Below are positions 45,761-59,969 of a stretch of 64,000 bases of DNA, piece after piece; the stretch's first letter is position 1, and the number at the start of each line of letters is the position of its first letter. The position numbers and the translations under genes are program-made. The notes below the pieces were generated by a model. That model did no database searches, was not told where the DNA came from, and was given only the letters and a program-made list of their open reading frames with translations. This DNA comes from Balanoglossus misakiensis (taxonomy: Eukaryota > Animalia > Hemichordata). Location: NCBI GenBank assembly GCA_040954595.2, contig CM082590.2:4836001-4900000 (forward strand), in the 5' to 3' direction.

Positions 45761-47622
45761 GTCAATGGCGGGAACCTAGAGACGGAAAATGCTGTGAGGA
45801 ACTTCATCGTTAAAGATTAAAACTCAGAGGACCGCAGTCCAGGACAACCAATTAGCATGACTCATGCCCACCAAAATAGCATCTTCGACAAAGCGCCCAG
45901 CTGTACTAACTTTTATACAGAATGATTCCTTTGTTGAGATACCCGCATGAAGGAATGATGACAAACCGCATCCCTGGAATTTCTCATTTAATGCATGTCC
46001 CCAGCCTGTTTGCCTCATTTTTCTTTTAGGAAAGGAAAGACCGCTCCTTTACAATGCACCACGCCAACGTCGCTGAGTATGGGAACAATCAAATGTTACG
46101 CAAAATCAGTTAATATTTCTGGCGATGCACAATTCAGCTTGAAGGAGGAAGTTGATAACGCGCGCAAAATGACCCCGATCAGTGATGACCGTGTGTGACC
46201 TGGCGTACTCAGGCTATTGGACGCTGAACACTGAAACTCGCGCAAACAAATTACTTTTTATGTAAAAACACCAGCTAAACTCACATGATATAGCCAGCTC
46301 TGAAGTTTATGAACTAGAAATTAAAATCATCTTAAACATCAAAGTGTTATCCACTATGTTAAAACATTTAGAAATGACATTTTCGTGATTCATGTGTGAA
46401 AACTAACAGAACTAACAGAACAATAAAAAAAAATATATAATTTTCCTACGAACACTCTTTACAAAACATTTCTGGACGCGGAAATATACAGAGATCAAAG
46501 ACAAGATCAAAGCAGCGATGTAGTTGATGTAAGAAAATCAACACTATCATCACCACAGACAAATTAATTAAAGAGAAATAAACGCCATTTAAGCTTCACC
46601 GCTCTGATGTTATGTTCGTCTCTATGAACATAAAAATTGGGCGATTCTTTATTACAATGATTGTAAAAGGTGTGAGACTACAAGAAGACAATGTATGATC
46701 TCCTGTGTTATTGATAATAATACGAGAATATATGACAACTAAGACAAGATTTCCCAGAGTAATGTGCACTGCAGTAATTTCAGATGCAAACATAAGCGCA
46801 AATTGAGATTCTTTTTTATAATGACAAAATTGAAGATGACGAACTTTCGACAACAATATAAACATAGACAGTATAACTTATGGTACTACCGCTAACATCA
46901 AGAAACACGCTGCTGACCTTTCAAATAACATCAAAGTTTTCCTCATTTCTGATATAACGATTCGTCATAATTTTGTAAACTGAGAGGCGTTATGCAAATT
47001 TTCCATATATTCTTGTTATCACAGTAAGGTGAAACAAGACCGACCTTGTCCCTTTAAGTACAGTCACCAAATTCAACATGAGAATCGTACGCGCCACCAT
47101 ATATTACAGCCAGCCACCTACACAAGTATTTAGAAGAAGAAATAATTGCTGGTGCTCATTTGCATCGGTGTACTAAATATTCTTCTGTATAATTAATTCT
47201 CATCGAGAGCTATTGGTCATTTTCAGTTAAACTTTTGCAATCAACATATTTTCAAATGTTTGCTGGGAAGTGTATACTTACATGTATCAGCGGGAAGCAG
47301 TGGTATATTTTACGTGCAAGTATATTTCATGAACTATATTTCAGTTTAAAATAAATATATCTGTTAAAACCGCGATAAAATAAAGACCACTGCCAGGTGT
47401 ATACATGTAATGTTGAGTGGCTAAATTTGATCAAAACACACTATGCAGCTGAGAGAAGCAGTTCACTGACTTCACTGCACATAGCGATTCTCGTTCAGAT
47501 AAGAAGAATGATCTGGAGTAAATATCGGCGGAGACAACACAGGTATTTGATGAGGTTACATTTCATCACATTCCTGGGTAGATTGAAAGATTCAGTCGTG
47601 TGCTAGCACTCCGGCACATTGC

Positions 47623-50600
47623 TTGTTACCCTTAAAAGTGGGCAGCGCGCTGGACCACCCGCTCAGGTCTGATTAAATTTGGTCACATTCCAGGGTCATT
47701 CTGAGGACAGTGATTGATCAACTTTGTACATCCATTCATACCTGACCTGGTGATTATTTCAACGACTAGTGAAAATTAGCATGGGCGTTATATTAACTTG
47801 CCATATTTTCTAAAAGTGAGGTTATATTTTATCATAAACAAGGTGCAAAAATCAATGTGTCACCTAAATTTGTACATTTTCTTCCACAAAATCTCAGTAA
47901 TTGGCGTCATAGAGAAAAATCAAACGAAATGGTATAGTTTTAACCATGAATTTATATAAATTTAGCACATTTTGGAAACGCCCTGTACATTTAATTAGTT
48001 TTTGTTGATACTTCTTTGCCTTTTGATAAAAATATTTTTCTGGATATAAAGTATCGTCAAATTTTGATTTGTCTTGGCAGATCACTATTTTATTAATATA
48101 TAGTTAAGTAAAGGTTTAACACTTCGTTTACGTATTTTGTATTATCAAAATGTCATGTGATCGTGGAAGAGAAATGGATGGAACACGTGTGGACGATGTC
48201 AAAATCAGAGTTACCTCCAGAGAACACCCCACAATAAAATGGTCGCGTCTGACTTGGTATGATCACAGTTGTAAACGCACATGCAAGTTGGTTAAACAGT
48301 CGTGCGCTGCCATGGTAACAATGGTGCGGCATTAGCCTAAATACGACTGTGCGATTCGCGTACATTATTGCCGTAAAGTTTGTTTCATCACATTTTCAAA
48401 GCTTTGGATGTCTGAAACATATAACGATAGTCTGATTATCTATGACTATTTCATCGATTCTCTCTACGGCAGCAGAAAATAAAAATAGTGCGACCTATTT
48501 ATTTGACATACCTGGCCAATATGTCGGCCATAGTTAGAGAGGCATTGTCAAAATAATTGCTCAGTAGCACAGGTAAGTTTTTTCAACAGGTGTTTTATCT
48601 CAAGCTATGACTTGTTCATACAGTTTAGTGACTAAAGGTTCGTTTGGTGTGATTGATAAACTCCATCTACAGTAGTGTTAGATTTGGTTCTATCGTATCT
48701 GCTGTGAGATATCACCAAAATGAATATTCGACGAGTGTGGCCGGTTTATCTCTAAAAATGTTTGTCACACAGACAACACTTCGTAAATATCGGCGGTGAC
48801 AACACAGGTATTTGATGTGCTTAAGTTTGGTCAAATTCCAGGGTCATCCTGTACGATACTGAGGACAGTGATTAATCGACTGTGTACACTCATTCACACC
48901 TGGCCCAGTGCTTACTTCAACGACAACTAAAGATTAGCATGGACGTTATATTGGATTTTAACTAGCCACTGACAGCAGCATTTTGAAAAAGCAATATTAT
49001 TTTAAGAATTCGGCTTTTTTTTGCTTAGTCAACGGAAACAATGTTCATTTCCGATGAACCACAATTTACAGTGTCCTAGCCATTTCTGTACTTAGTGTTT
49101 CAAACCTTATTTTTCTATATGAGTCAACATTTCATTTTTTGTCTAAATGTGATCATCTGTTAAGTATGCTGCGTGCATGGTATATTTATAACAGTCATGT
49201 TTAGTTGTTGCGAGAATGCACTCAGATCGATCCTGGTATGACTAGACATTTGGACGCATCACACCCTATGTGCCACGTTGAGCCTGGTTAGTTGGTGATG
49301 ACGTCATTCTGTAAGGGGTGGTGACATTTATATTATCAGACATATTGTCAGTTAAAATTCTAAATTTAGTTTGTGTTCACCTTTATCTTCAAAATGCCCC
49401 ACTTACAATCCAACCAAAAAGACTAAATTAATGTCATTGTCACAACAGTAAATATTGATCAGTTTTGGAATAAAGGAATGGCTTGAGTCCCTCGGGTGGT
49501 GAAGGAGTCACTGTGGTATGCCCATGCGCAGTTGATGTTTAGATGTGATATGTTAACGGCAGGAACCTAGAGACCAACATGCAGTGTGGAACTTCATAAG
49601 TTACAAGTCAGTGGACAGCGTTAATGATTAAAACTCAGACGACTGCAGGCCAGGACAAACAACTAATATGAATCTTGCCCCAACTAAATACAACCTGAAA
49701 CAAAGCGCCCAGCTCCACTAACTTTTATATATACTTATATATTTCATTTTTGAGCTCTAGACACCCACGTTTAAGTATTGCACGAAGAATTTGAAGCCGT
49801 GCTATAAAGTACATAGAACAAGATTGCAGTCAAATATAAAACAACAACTTAAGTTTGTCGAGAGTCTCGGTCCAAACAACACATTGGAAATTCCAGGCTT
49901 GTGTGTGTTCCCCTGTCCTCTCAAAATTACTAAGGAACATGTACATAAGAATTTGCATGGGTTCTTCAGACCAGTTGTAAGTGATTCACAGTTAGGTTTT
50001 CGTAAAGGTTTCTCACATGACACATTGCTATGCAAAATGGTAAATGTTCATCAAATAGTCTAAATGGTCTTATACTTTTTAGATTTACTTAATTTGTTTG
50101 ATCTGGCATAATATAATTTACTACTTTAAAATCGTTACATCTAAAATACCAATAGAAAATCATTGCGACGATAGATACACGTTACAAACAGTGACAAGCC
50201 GTTTTTCTTGAAATGCTGAATTGCAAATATCTGCTTATGTCTGACGTGTATGTCTAATTTTGGTCAGGGATTTCAGATCGCTTCCTTACAAGGCACCACG
50301 GAACAGTCACTAATAATTTAAACAATCGATTCGCTGGATGTTTCAACCAATTCCCATGCTTACAGTTGAACAGATAGCTCCAAATGGCATTCAGCATGTT
50401 GCTCAACGGATGACCTCAAGTGACCCAACGTGCTCTGGATATAGGGCAGAATAATAAAAACCGCGCAAACATACCATTTTTCTAAAGACGTCATTTCAAA
50501 TTAAGAAACAACATTGAAAATTACTTTAACAATTCAGAAACGGATTCAGATAGAGGTAACGTTCTCATGATTTTTGTGTAAACACTATAGGAAATAACAC

Positions 50601-53600
50601 AGTTTAAAAATATAATAAACAGAAGGACGTGGAAATGTTCATAATAATAGATAACGAAGTTTCAAATTGCATCAAAGAATAGTGTTAGGGTTAGGGCATT
50701 CGGCTTTTCTCCGTAGGATTACATTGATAATTGCTATAAAACATTCTTGTACTATTGTCATTTACACGAAATTTTACACATAGCTCAACCAAGTAAAATA
50801 AATTCAATGGTCAAATAAAATCGTATGGTCACCGCGCTCCATTTTGAGATAAATATCGTTAAATATTTTGCCAGAAATTTATATTTATACAGAAACCATT
50901 GGTGAAAAATGCTGAGTCAGCAGTTTTCTTTTATTATCGACTAATTCATGGCTCTGTATTTTAAAAACAAGCGTGGTGACTCCTATATTATTATACATAC
51001 AAAGGTGAATCCAAAAATCTACAATCAAACGAAATAACAATACTTTCAATTTTACTGAACGTACATTATAGTTTTTGTATTACAGTGAGTGGGGAGTTTT
51101 TTATACATAGAAAACTGGATATTATATATACCATCTTGTTTTCATTTCTAAGGAGTTGATACAAAGATTGGTGGCCATTTTTGAACACGTGTTATTTGGT
51201 TCCTAATTTATTTCAATTTCATCGCTAGAAACAAAAGGATTTAGTCAAAACGTTACAGTACATATTCCGATTATTTATCACAATTTCGTTGATTCTCTGG
51301 TACAGCAGCAGAACATAGTACGACCAACTTAGTAGAGATATCTCGACAATATGTCGGTCAGGTCACCTTGAGTGACTGAAGGTGTGTTTGCCTTATAGAT
51401 TAACGTCCACACACAGTTTAAGTGAGATCACTTCATTGAAAAGGAGAATCGTACGTGTCATTGTGGATTGGAGACAACAACCCACATTAAGTACTAGTAT
51501 TAAGAATCATCCTGTACTATTGTACATATAGATGTACAAACTTCTTTTTAAAGTTAACCCATGGTCGGTAATTATCGGGGCAAGTTAAACTTCAAATTTT
51601 AAAATCAGCAACAAATCCCTTTCTCTTAAAATGGTTGCTGGGTAGTCCATACTTACACTAATCATTGGCTTAGGAGGCAAAACTGATATTTTACATGATG
51701 ATTTTACATGTAATATATTTATGTCATACAACCATAAAACACCTGAAGCAAATCAAGATCACTGCCAAGTTCATGCATATAATGTTTAGTGGCTATAGAT
51801 TTGATCAAGACACATTGTGTGGCAGAGAGAAGTAGTTCACTGGCTTCATCACACAATGTGATGATCCTTTCAGATGAATGGAATAATTTGGCGTCAATAT
51901 CAGAGGAGATAATGAAGGTATTTTATAAGATTACATTTGATCCAATTCTAGCCTCATCATTTGTGATCATGAAGACAGTGGCCGAATGTACATCCATTCA
52001 TACCTGGCCTGGTGCTGATTTCAATGACTGGTAAAGGTCGGCGCTTTGTTGGGTTTTAACTCTCAAACTTCATTTAAAAAAACATTTGCAAAAATCGTTT
52101 GATCACAATAAAATTTCAATTCATAACGTTTGGTAGGGGGTCCGCTGACATATTTTATAAGGATATTTTCCTGGGTTATTGTTACCCTTAAAAGAGAGCA
52201 GCGCACTGGACCACCCGCTCAGGCCTGATTAAATTTGGTCAAATTCCAGGGTCATCCTGAGGACAGTGATTGATCAACTTTGTACATCCATTCATACCTG
52301 ACTTGGTGATTATTTCAACGACTAGTAAAAATTAGCATGGGCGTTATATTAACGTTATATTAACTATTTTCTGAAAGTGAGGTTAAATTTTATCATAAAC
52401 AATCTGCAAAAATCAATGTGTCACCTAAATTTGTACATTTTCTTCCACAAAATCTCAGTAATTCGCGTCATAGAAAATCAAAACAAATGATATAGTTTTA
52501 ACCATGAATTTAGCACATTTTGGAAACGTCCTGTACATTTAATTAATTTTTGCTGATACTTTTTTTGCCTTTTGATTGAGGCCGCCATGGGAAGATGTAC
52601 ACTGATCGTGGAAGAGAAATGTAGGGAACACGTGTGGGCGATGTCAAAATCAGGGATACCTCCACAGTACACCCCCACAATAAAATGGTCGCGTCTGACT
52701 TGGTATGATCACAGTTGTAAAAGCACATGCAAGTTGCTTAAACGGCCGTGCGCTGCCATGGCAACCATCATGCGGCATTCGCCTAAATACGACAGTATGA
52801 TTCGCGTACATTATTGCCGTAAAGTTTGTCTCATCACATTTTCAAAGCTTTGGATGTCACAAACATATAACGATAGTCTGATTATCTATGACTATTTCAT
52901 TGATTCTCTTGTACGTCAGCAGAAAAAAAATAGTGCGACTTATTTATTTGACATACTAGTACCTGGCCAATATGTCGGCCATATTTAGAGAGGCATTGTC
53001 AAAATGATTGCTCAGTAGCACATGTATGTTTTTCAACAGCTGTTTTTTCTCAAGCTATGACTTGTTCATACAGTTTAGTGACTAAAGGTTTGTTCGGTGT
53101 GATTGATAAACTCCATCTACAGTAGTATTAGCTTTGGTTCTATCGTATCTGCTGTGAGATATCACCAAAAGGAATATTCGACGAGTGTGGCCGGTTTATC
53201 TCTAAAAATGTTTATCACACAGACAACACTTCGTAAATATCGGCGGTGACAACACAGGTATTTGATGTGCTTAAGTTTGGTCAAATTCCAGGGTCATCCT
53301 GTACGATACTGAGGACAGTGATTGATCAACTGTGTACACCCATTCGCACCTGGCCCAGTGCTTACTTCAACGACAAGTAAAAATTAGCATGGGCGTAAAA
53401 TTGGATTTTAACTCGCCACTGACAGCAGCATTTTGAAAAAGCTATATTCTATTTGAGAATCCGGCTTTTCTTGCTTCGTCAACGGCAACATTGTTCATTC
53501 CCGATGAACCACCATTTACAGTGTCCTAGCCATTTCTGTACTTAGTGTTTCAAACCTTAATATTCTATACGAGTCAACATTTCATTTTTTGCCTAAATGA

Positions 53601-56367
53601 TCGTCTGTTAAGCATGCTGCGCGTATGGTATATTTATAACAGTCATGTTTAGTTGTTGCGAGAATGCACTCAGATCCATCCTGGTATGACTAGACATTTG
53701 GACGCATCACACCCTATGTGCCACGTTGAGCCTGGTGTGTTGGTGATGACGTCATTCTGTAAGGGGTGGTGAACTATATATTATCAGACATATTGTCAGT
53801 TAAAATTCTAAATTTAGTTTGTGTTCACCTTTATCTTCAAAATGCCCCACTTACAATCCAACCAAAAAGACTAAATTAATGTCATTGTCACAACAGTAAA
53901 TATTGATCAGTTTTGGAATAAAGGAATGGCTTGAGTCCCTCGGGTGGTGAAGGAGTCACTGTGGTATGCCCATGCGCAGTTGATGTTTAGATGTGATATG
54001 TTAACGGCAGGAACCTAGAGACCAACATGCAGTGTGGAACTTCATAAGTTACAAGTCAGTGGACAGCGTTAATGATTAAAACTCAGACGACTGCAGGCCA
54101 GGACAAACAACTAATATGAAGCCAGCCCCAACTAAATACTACTTGAAACATAGCGCCCAGCTCCACTAACTTTTATAAATACTTATATATTTCATTTTTG
54201 AGCTCTAGCCACCCACGTATAAGTATTGAACTAAGAATCTGAAGCCGTGCTATAAAGTACATAGAACAAGATTGCAGTCAAATATAAAAGAACAACTTAA
54301 GTTTGTCGAGAGTCTAGGTCCAAACAACACATTGGAAATTCCAGGCTTGAGTGTGTTCCCCTGTCCTCTCAAAATTACTAAGGAACATGTACATAAGAAT
54401 TTGCATGGGTTCTTCAGACCAGATTGTAAGTGACCGTTAGGTTTTCGTAAAGGGTTCTCACATGACACATTGCTATGCAAAATGGTAAATGTTCATCAAA
54501 TAGTCTAAATGGTCTTATACTTTTTAGATTAACGTAATTTGTTTGACCTGGCATAATATAATTTACCATTTAACATGGTTATATCAACAATACCAATAGA
54601 AAAACAGTGACAAGCCGTTTTTTTCTTGAAATGCTGAATTGCAAATATCTGATTATGTCTGACGTGATGTCTAATTTTGGTCAGGGATTTCAGATCGCTT
54701 CCTCACAAGGCACCACGGAACAGTCGCTAATCATTTAAACAATCGATTCGCTTGCAATTTCTATGCTTACAGTTGAACAGATAGCTCCAAATAGCATTAA
54801 GCATGTTGCTCAACGGATGACCTCAAGTGACCCGACGTGCCCTGGATATAGGGCAGAATAATAAAAACCACGCAAACCTACCGTTTTTCTAAAGACGTCA
54901 TTTCAAGTAAAGAAACAACACTGAAAATTACTGTAACAATTCAGAAACGGATTTAGATAGAGATAACGTTCTCATGATTTTTGTGTAAACGCTATAGGAA
55001 ATAACACAGTTTAAAAATGTAATAAACAGAAAACATCCCACATAAATTATCCCTCGAACAGTCTCTACAAAAAATAAAAATTCTCGACGTGGAAATTTTC
55101 ATACTAATAGATAACGACCTTTGAAATTGCATTAAAGAATAGTGTTAGGGTTAGGGCTTTATTTGCACCAGCTCCTTAAGGTAGTATGTTTTTCGGGGAC
55201 ACATTTTCAGTCTAGTTGTATCCCCCAAGCCTTTAAGGGTGTACGCGCAGAACATAAACTAGAAAATGTGCGCATTCAGCTTTTCTCCATAGGATTACAT
55301 TGATAATCGCTAGAAAACAAACTTCTACTGTTGTCATTTACACGAAATTTTACACATAGGTCAATAAAATAAAATAAATTCAGTGGTCAAATAAAATCGT
55401 TTGGTTATTTTGAGATAAATATCGTTAAATATTTTGCCTATACAGAAACCATTGGTGAAAAATGCTGAGTCAGCAGTTTTCTTTTATTATCGACTAATTC
55501 ATGGCTCTGTATTTTAAAAACAAGCGTGGTGACTCCTATATTATTATACATACAAAGGTGAATCCAAAAATCTACAATCAAAAGAAATGACAATACTTTC
55601 AATTTTACTGAACGTATATTATAGTATTTGTATTACGGTGAGTGGGGGGTTTTTTTATACACAGAAAACTGGGTATTCACCATCTTGTTTTCATTTCTAA
55701 GGAGTTGATACAAAGATTGGTGGCCATTTTTGAACACGTGTTATTTGGTTCCTAATTTATTTCAATTTCATCGCTAGAAACAAAAGGATTTAGTCAAAAC
55801 GTTACAGTACGATATTCCGATTATTTATCACAATTTCGTTGATTCTCTGGTACAGCAGCAGAACATAGTACGACCTACTTAGTAGAGATATCTCGACAAT
55901 ATGTCGGTCAGGTCACCTTGAGTGACTGAAGGTGTGTTTGCCTTATAGATTAACGTCCACACACAGTATCTAAACTTTGATTCTATATCAAAGATGTCAT
56001 GAACAGGTACATTCAACGAGTGTCACCTAATTAATTAAGCTTATACGTCAAACTGTTTATCACTCAGATGATAATTCGTGGGCTTAAGTGAGATCACTTC
56101 ATTGAAAATGAGAATCGTACGTGTCATTGTGGATTGGAGACAACAACCCACATTAAGTATTTAGAATCATCATGTACTATTGTACATATAGATGTACAAA
56201 CTTTTTTTAAGTTAACCCATGGTCGGTAATTATCGGGGCAAGTTAAACTTCAAATTTTAAAATCAACAACAAATCCCTTTCTCTTACAATGGTTGCTGGG
56301 TAGTCCATACTTACACTAATCATTGGCTTAGGATGCAAAACTGATATTTTACATGATGATTTTACAT
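47623..56367. repeat. Tandem segmental duplication, ~4.56-kb period (copy 1 ~47623-51709, copy 2 ~52179-56367)
   Basis: Both copies start ttgttacccttaaaag...ctggaccacccgctcagg and end gatattttacatgatgattttacat. Long near-identical stretches (e.g. 49180-49670 vs 53630-54120). Paired junk ORFs at 49802/54250. Confidence 0.93.
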
Positions 56368-57473
56368 ATATATATTTATTGCTTAAACATCATGTTATAT
56401 TGTACATACAGGCGAACAAACCCTTTTTAATGTTAACCCTGGTCGAGAAATATCAGGGACCATATTAATTTTCAATCTTAAAATTAGCAACAAAACTCTT
56501 TCTCTCTAAATGCTTGTTTGGCAGTTTATATACTTGCACCTATCATTGGAAAGTAGTGGTATAGATTTAACGCGCGCGTATATTTTTTGAACACTATTTC
56601 TGTTTAAAAACAAATCTGGAGAAAAATAAGATCTCTGCCACGTTTATGTTTACATGTTTAGTGGCTGAATATGATCAAGACACCTTACGTAGGATCATTG
56701 TGTAGAGCAGAGTGAAGAAATTTGACAAGAAGAAAGGAATTGGCATAAATATCTGTCGAGACAACACAGGTATTTGACCAACTTAATTTTGGTCAATTCT
56801 CGGGGTCAACCTTTACCATAATAACAACAGTGTCTGATCAGCTTTGTAAATCCATGCACACCAGTCCCTTGCTTATTTCAATAACTAGTAAAGATCAACG
56901 CTATATTTCAACCCTCTAACTTTATACAATCTGTAATCACAATACTAGGCTTAACATTTGGTAGGGTGGCTTCTAAAAATGTTTAGTTCAATGCCATTCT
57001 TCCTGTAGATCATTTTCTAGATACTCTGAAATTTGGATTGTCTTAGCAGGTTATTCATTGTTTAAAAGGTAACACTTCGTTTACATATTCTATATTTTCA
57101 AATGTAAGTGTGATCATGGAAGAGAAATTTACTAAACACGTGTGGGCGATGTCAAAATTAGCAATACCTCTATATTACATCCCCACAATAAAATGGTCGC
57201 GTCTGACTTGGTATTATCCTATCGCAGCGTTAGCCGCATATAGTGGCAGACGCGTATGCATGTTGCTTAAAGGCTCGTACGCGGCCATGGTAACTACGGT
57301 GCGGCATCCAGCTATGCCACTGAACGATTAGCGTGCATTAGTACCGTGAAGTTTATATCTTCACATTGATAAAGCATTGCATGTCTAAAATATATAACGC
57401 TCTCTTATTCTGACTAAGTCTTACAGCTGACATATAAAGCAGAGTTAGTAGCAATAGAGAAATACAATCTTAC

Positions 57474-57660
57474 CTGTCACAACAAATGGCGGAACGTTTC
57501 TACACGGTCACACAGCACCACATCTTATGCAGCTCACGGCCAGTCGAATAATGTCGACAACCGGTGTGGGTAGATGAGAATGACTGGGTGTGTTAATGTG
57601 CAAAGCTGTTTATTGGTTAATTTTTTAGTTCAACTGATAAAAAATGACGTCAATCACTCC
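57474..57660 (-). promoter_or_regulatory. Candidate promoter and non-coding first exon
   Basis: Donor gacag|gtaaga at 57473. Upstream on the minus strand are a CCAAT box (attgg ~57613) and a CRE tgacgtca (~57645); a YY1-like aaatggcgg lies at ~57484. Confidence 0.3.
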
Positions 57661-59969
57661 GGACAGACCTAACAGAATGTCCAGTGTGGAATAACTAATT
57701 ATTTCCACTATTGACGACTCTGTCTCTAATTACAAAGTCCATCTGATTGTCCCTGTACCAATGACCTGGCTGTGATCCAGCGCAGCCACTGGTACCGGTT
57801 GGAACAGAAATATGTTATCACCATTCCATTTTATCCATTTCTCAGAATTGTTTTTCAATGCATGATAGCATTGAACATTTCTAATACATTTGAAATAAAC
57901 AGCTTACTACGCTTAAATTCTAAGCTTGACATTTTTGTAACTGTGGCGGAATGTAAGAATATAATCATTTGTTGATATAAACGGAGGCCACATTGACTGC
58001 ACATCAGAAATCTTGGTGTGAGTAGCTAATACATATAAGTCAGGCAGGGTGAACACACTCACGCTGGAAATATTTTATTAACCATCTGACATGTAAATTG
58101 CAACGTTTGGCTTTATTGTAGGCTATTACGGTTTAAGGCAGCGTTCAAAAACATCATTGGAGGGGCCATGATAATTAAGAAAAAAAGATTCTGGTTTTAT
58201 TCTAACAACTCCTGGCACCAGCAAACAATTCACGTAGGGCCTACCCACTTCACTTCCAAAATTATTTAGTTTTAGAGACGGACTCTGCGCTGTGAAGCAT
58301 TAATAACTGACCAAAAGGGGATTAAATATTTACTTTAACATGTTCCAGTATGTTTTATCCTTGCTGCAATTTTGTCTTCTGTTTATGTTATTTTCTTGCT
58401 CAGTCCTAATTAAATTATTTAGCAGATTTTCTCTACCTGCAATTATTAAATGCAATTTTGTTTTGCTTGATTGTATCAAAGACTCTAGGGTCTATGGTTG
58501 TATTGTAGGATGGTGGTCGTGATTGTGTTGACCTGTTTATTTTGTATGACCGAATACTATCTTTAATCCTCCAGACAGGATTTGATAGCTGTCTGCTGTT
58601 TGCATGTTTGCTGTGTGTAAACGAATAGCCGTGGTTGTTGTGGCGCGTCCTGAATGTGCGGTCAGTCAATCAAATACAACACCTCACATCACCTTTGCTC
58701 GGAAAATTCTTATACTTACTGTGAACTGGCTGCATCAGAAAAAAAAACAAAATCTTCACAAGCATGATTTTTGGCATAAAAATAGTTATTTCACCGAATT
58801 TTGAAAAACCTTTGGCACGTTTGTAATATTTTTGATTCTGATTTTTTTTATACTAAATTTTTTAAAATTCATCAAGATTTAGGAAAGTTATTCAAAAACA
58901 CCTGTGTTGGGGACCACTTTGATGTTACCTGTGTATTGTCTATGGGCGAAAATGCGACTTTTCTAAATTGTTGCAATTTCATTGTTATTAAACATACAGC
59001 TGTCAAACCCACATATTTAATAAAGTTGACATAACAGATTTCAAAACTAGTTTCAGTTTTAAAATTGAAGGTCGCTAAGTGTGTGAGTTGTAGGTTACAA
59101 AAACATACCATTTTAAAATGTTCATGCTTGTTTTGTTCGGAGCACACCAGTTTGTTTATTTCTAAAGCTTTCACTTTGATTGTTCAATATGTTGTAGATA
59201 TGAAAATGTTCTTTTAAAAACAGGTTACACTTTTGAAATCGGTGGATGGGAATTATTGTCATGTATGTGGTGCACCCGAACTTAACTGTATCCTGAATTT
59301 TTTTTAAATATACACTTTGCTTTTTTAAGATTATTTTTTATTTTAAGCATTACCATTATGAGATGTTATAGAAAATTGAAAAGTTTACACTATAAAGATT
59401 GGACACCATTAATTATTTCAAATAATGCTGCAAAATAGACTGAAATAACTCCCATGACTTAACATGTATAAAAACAAAGGAATAAGTTTTTGGGGACAAG
59501 TTTTATGTTGAAAACTCGGCGAAAAACGGTTTGTTTTATGCTTATTCTAACGAATATCTTACAATCCAATATATGGTTTTAAGCTCAGATTCTGGTCTCT
59601 CTAACCCTGAAAACAGTTTTCCAAAAACCATAGAAATAAAATCAGAGAGCCAACGATTACAATTTGTTACGATCGTATTTTGCACTCACTTCCGGGTTTC
59701 GGCCAATTGCAGACAAATACTTTTTATAAAAGGCTTCGTCTTATGCTTATTCTAACAGTTATCTAACAATCCAATATATGGTTTTAAAGCTTATAATCTT
59801 GGCTCTCTAACCGCTGAAACCGTTTTTTCAAAAATCGTAGAATTGAAATCAGGGAGCCAACGATTATAATTTGTTGTGGTCTTTTTTTCGTGTGTAGGGT
59901 TAGGTACTTAGGGATTTTGGTGACAGGCAAAATCCTCAGTTTTTTAGGTTAAGTTTACATCACTTCTGA

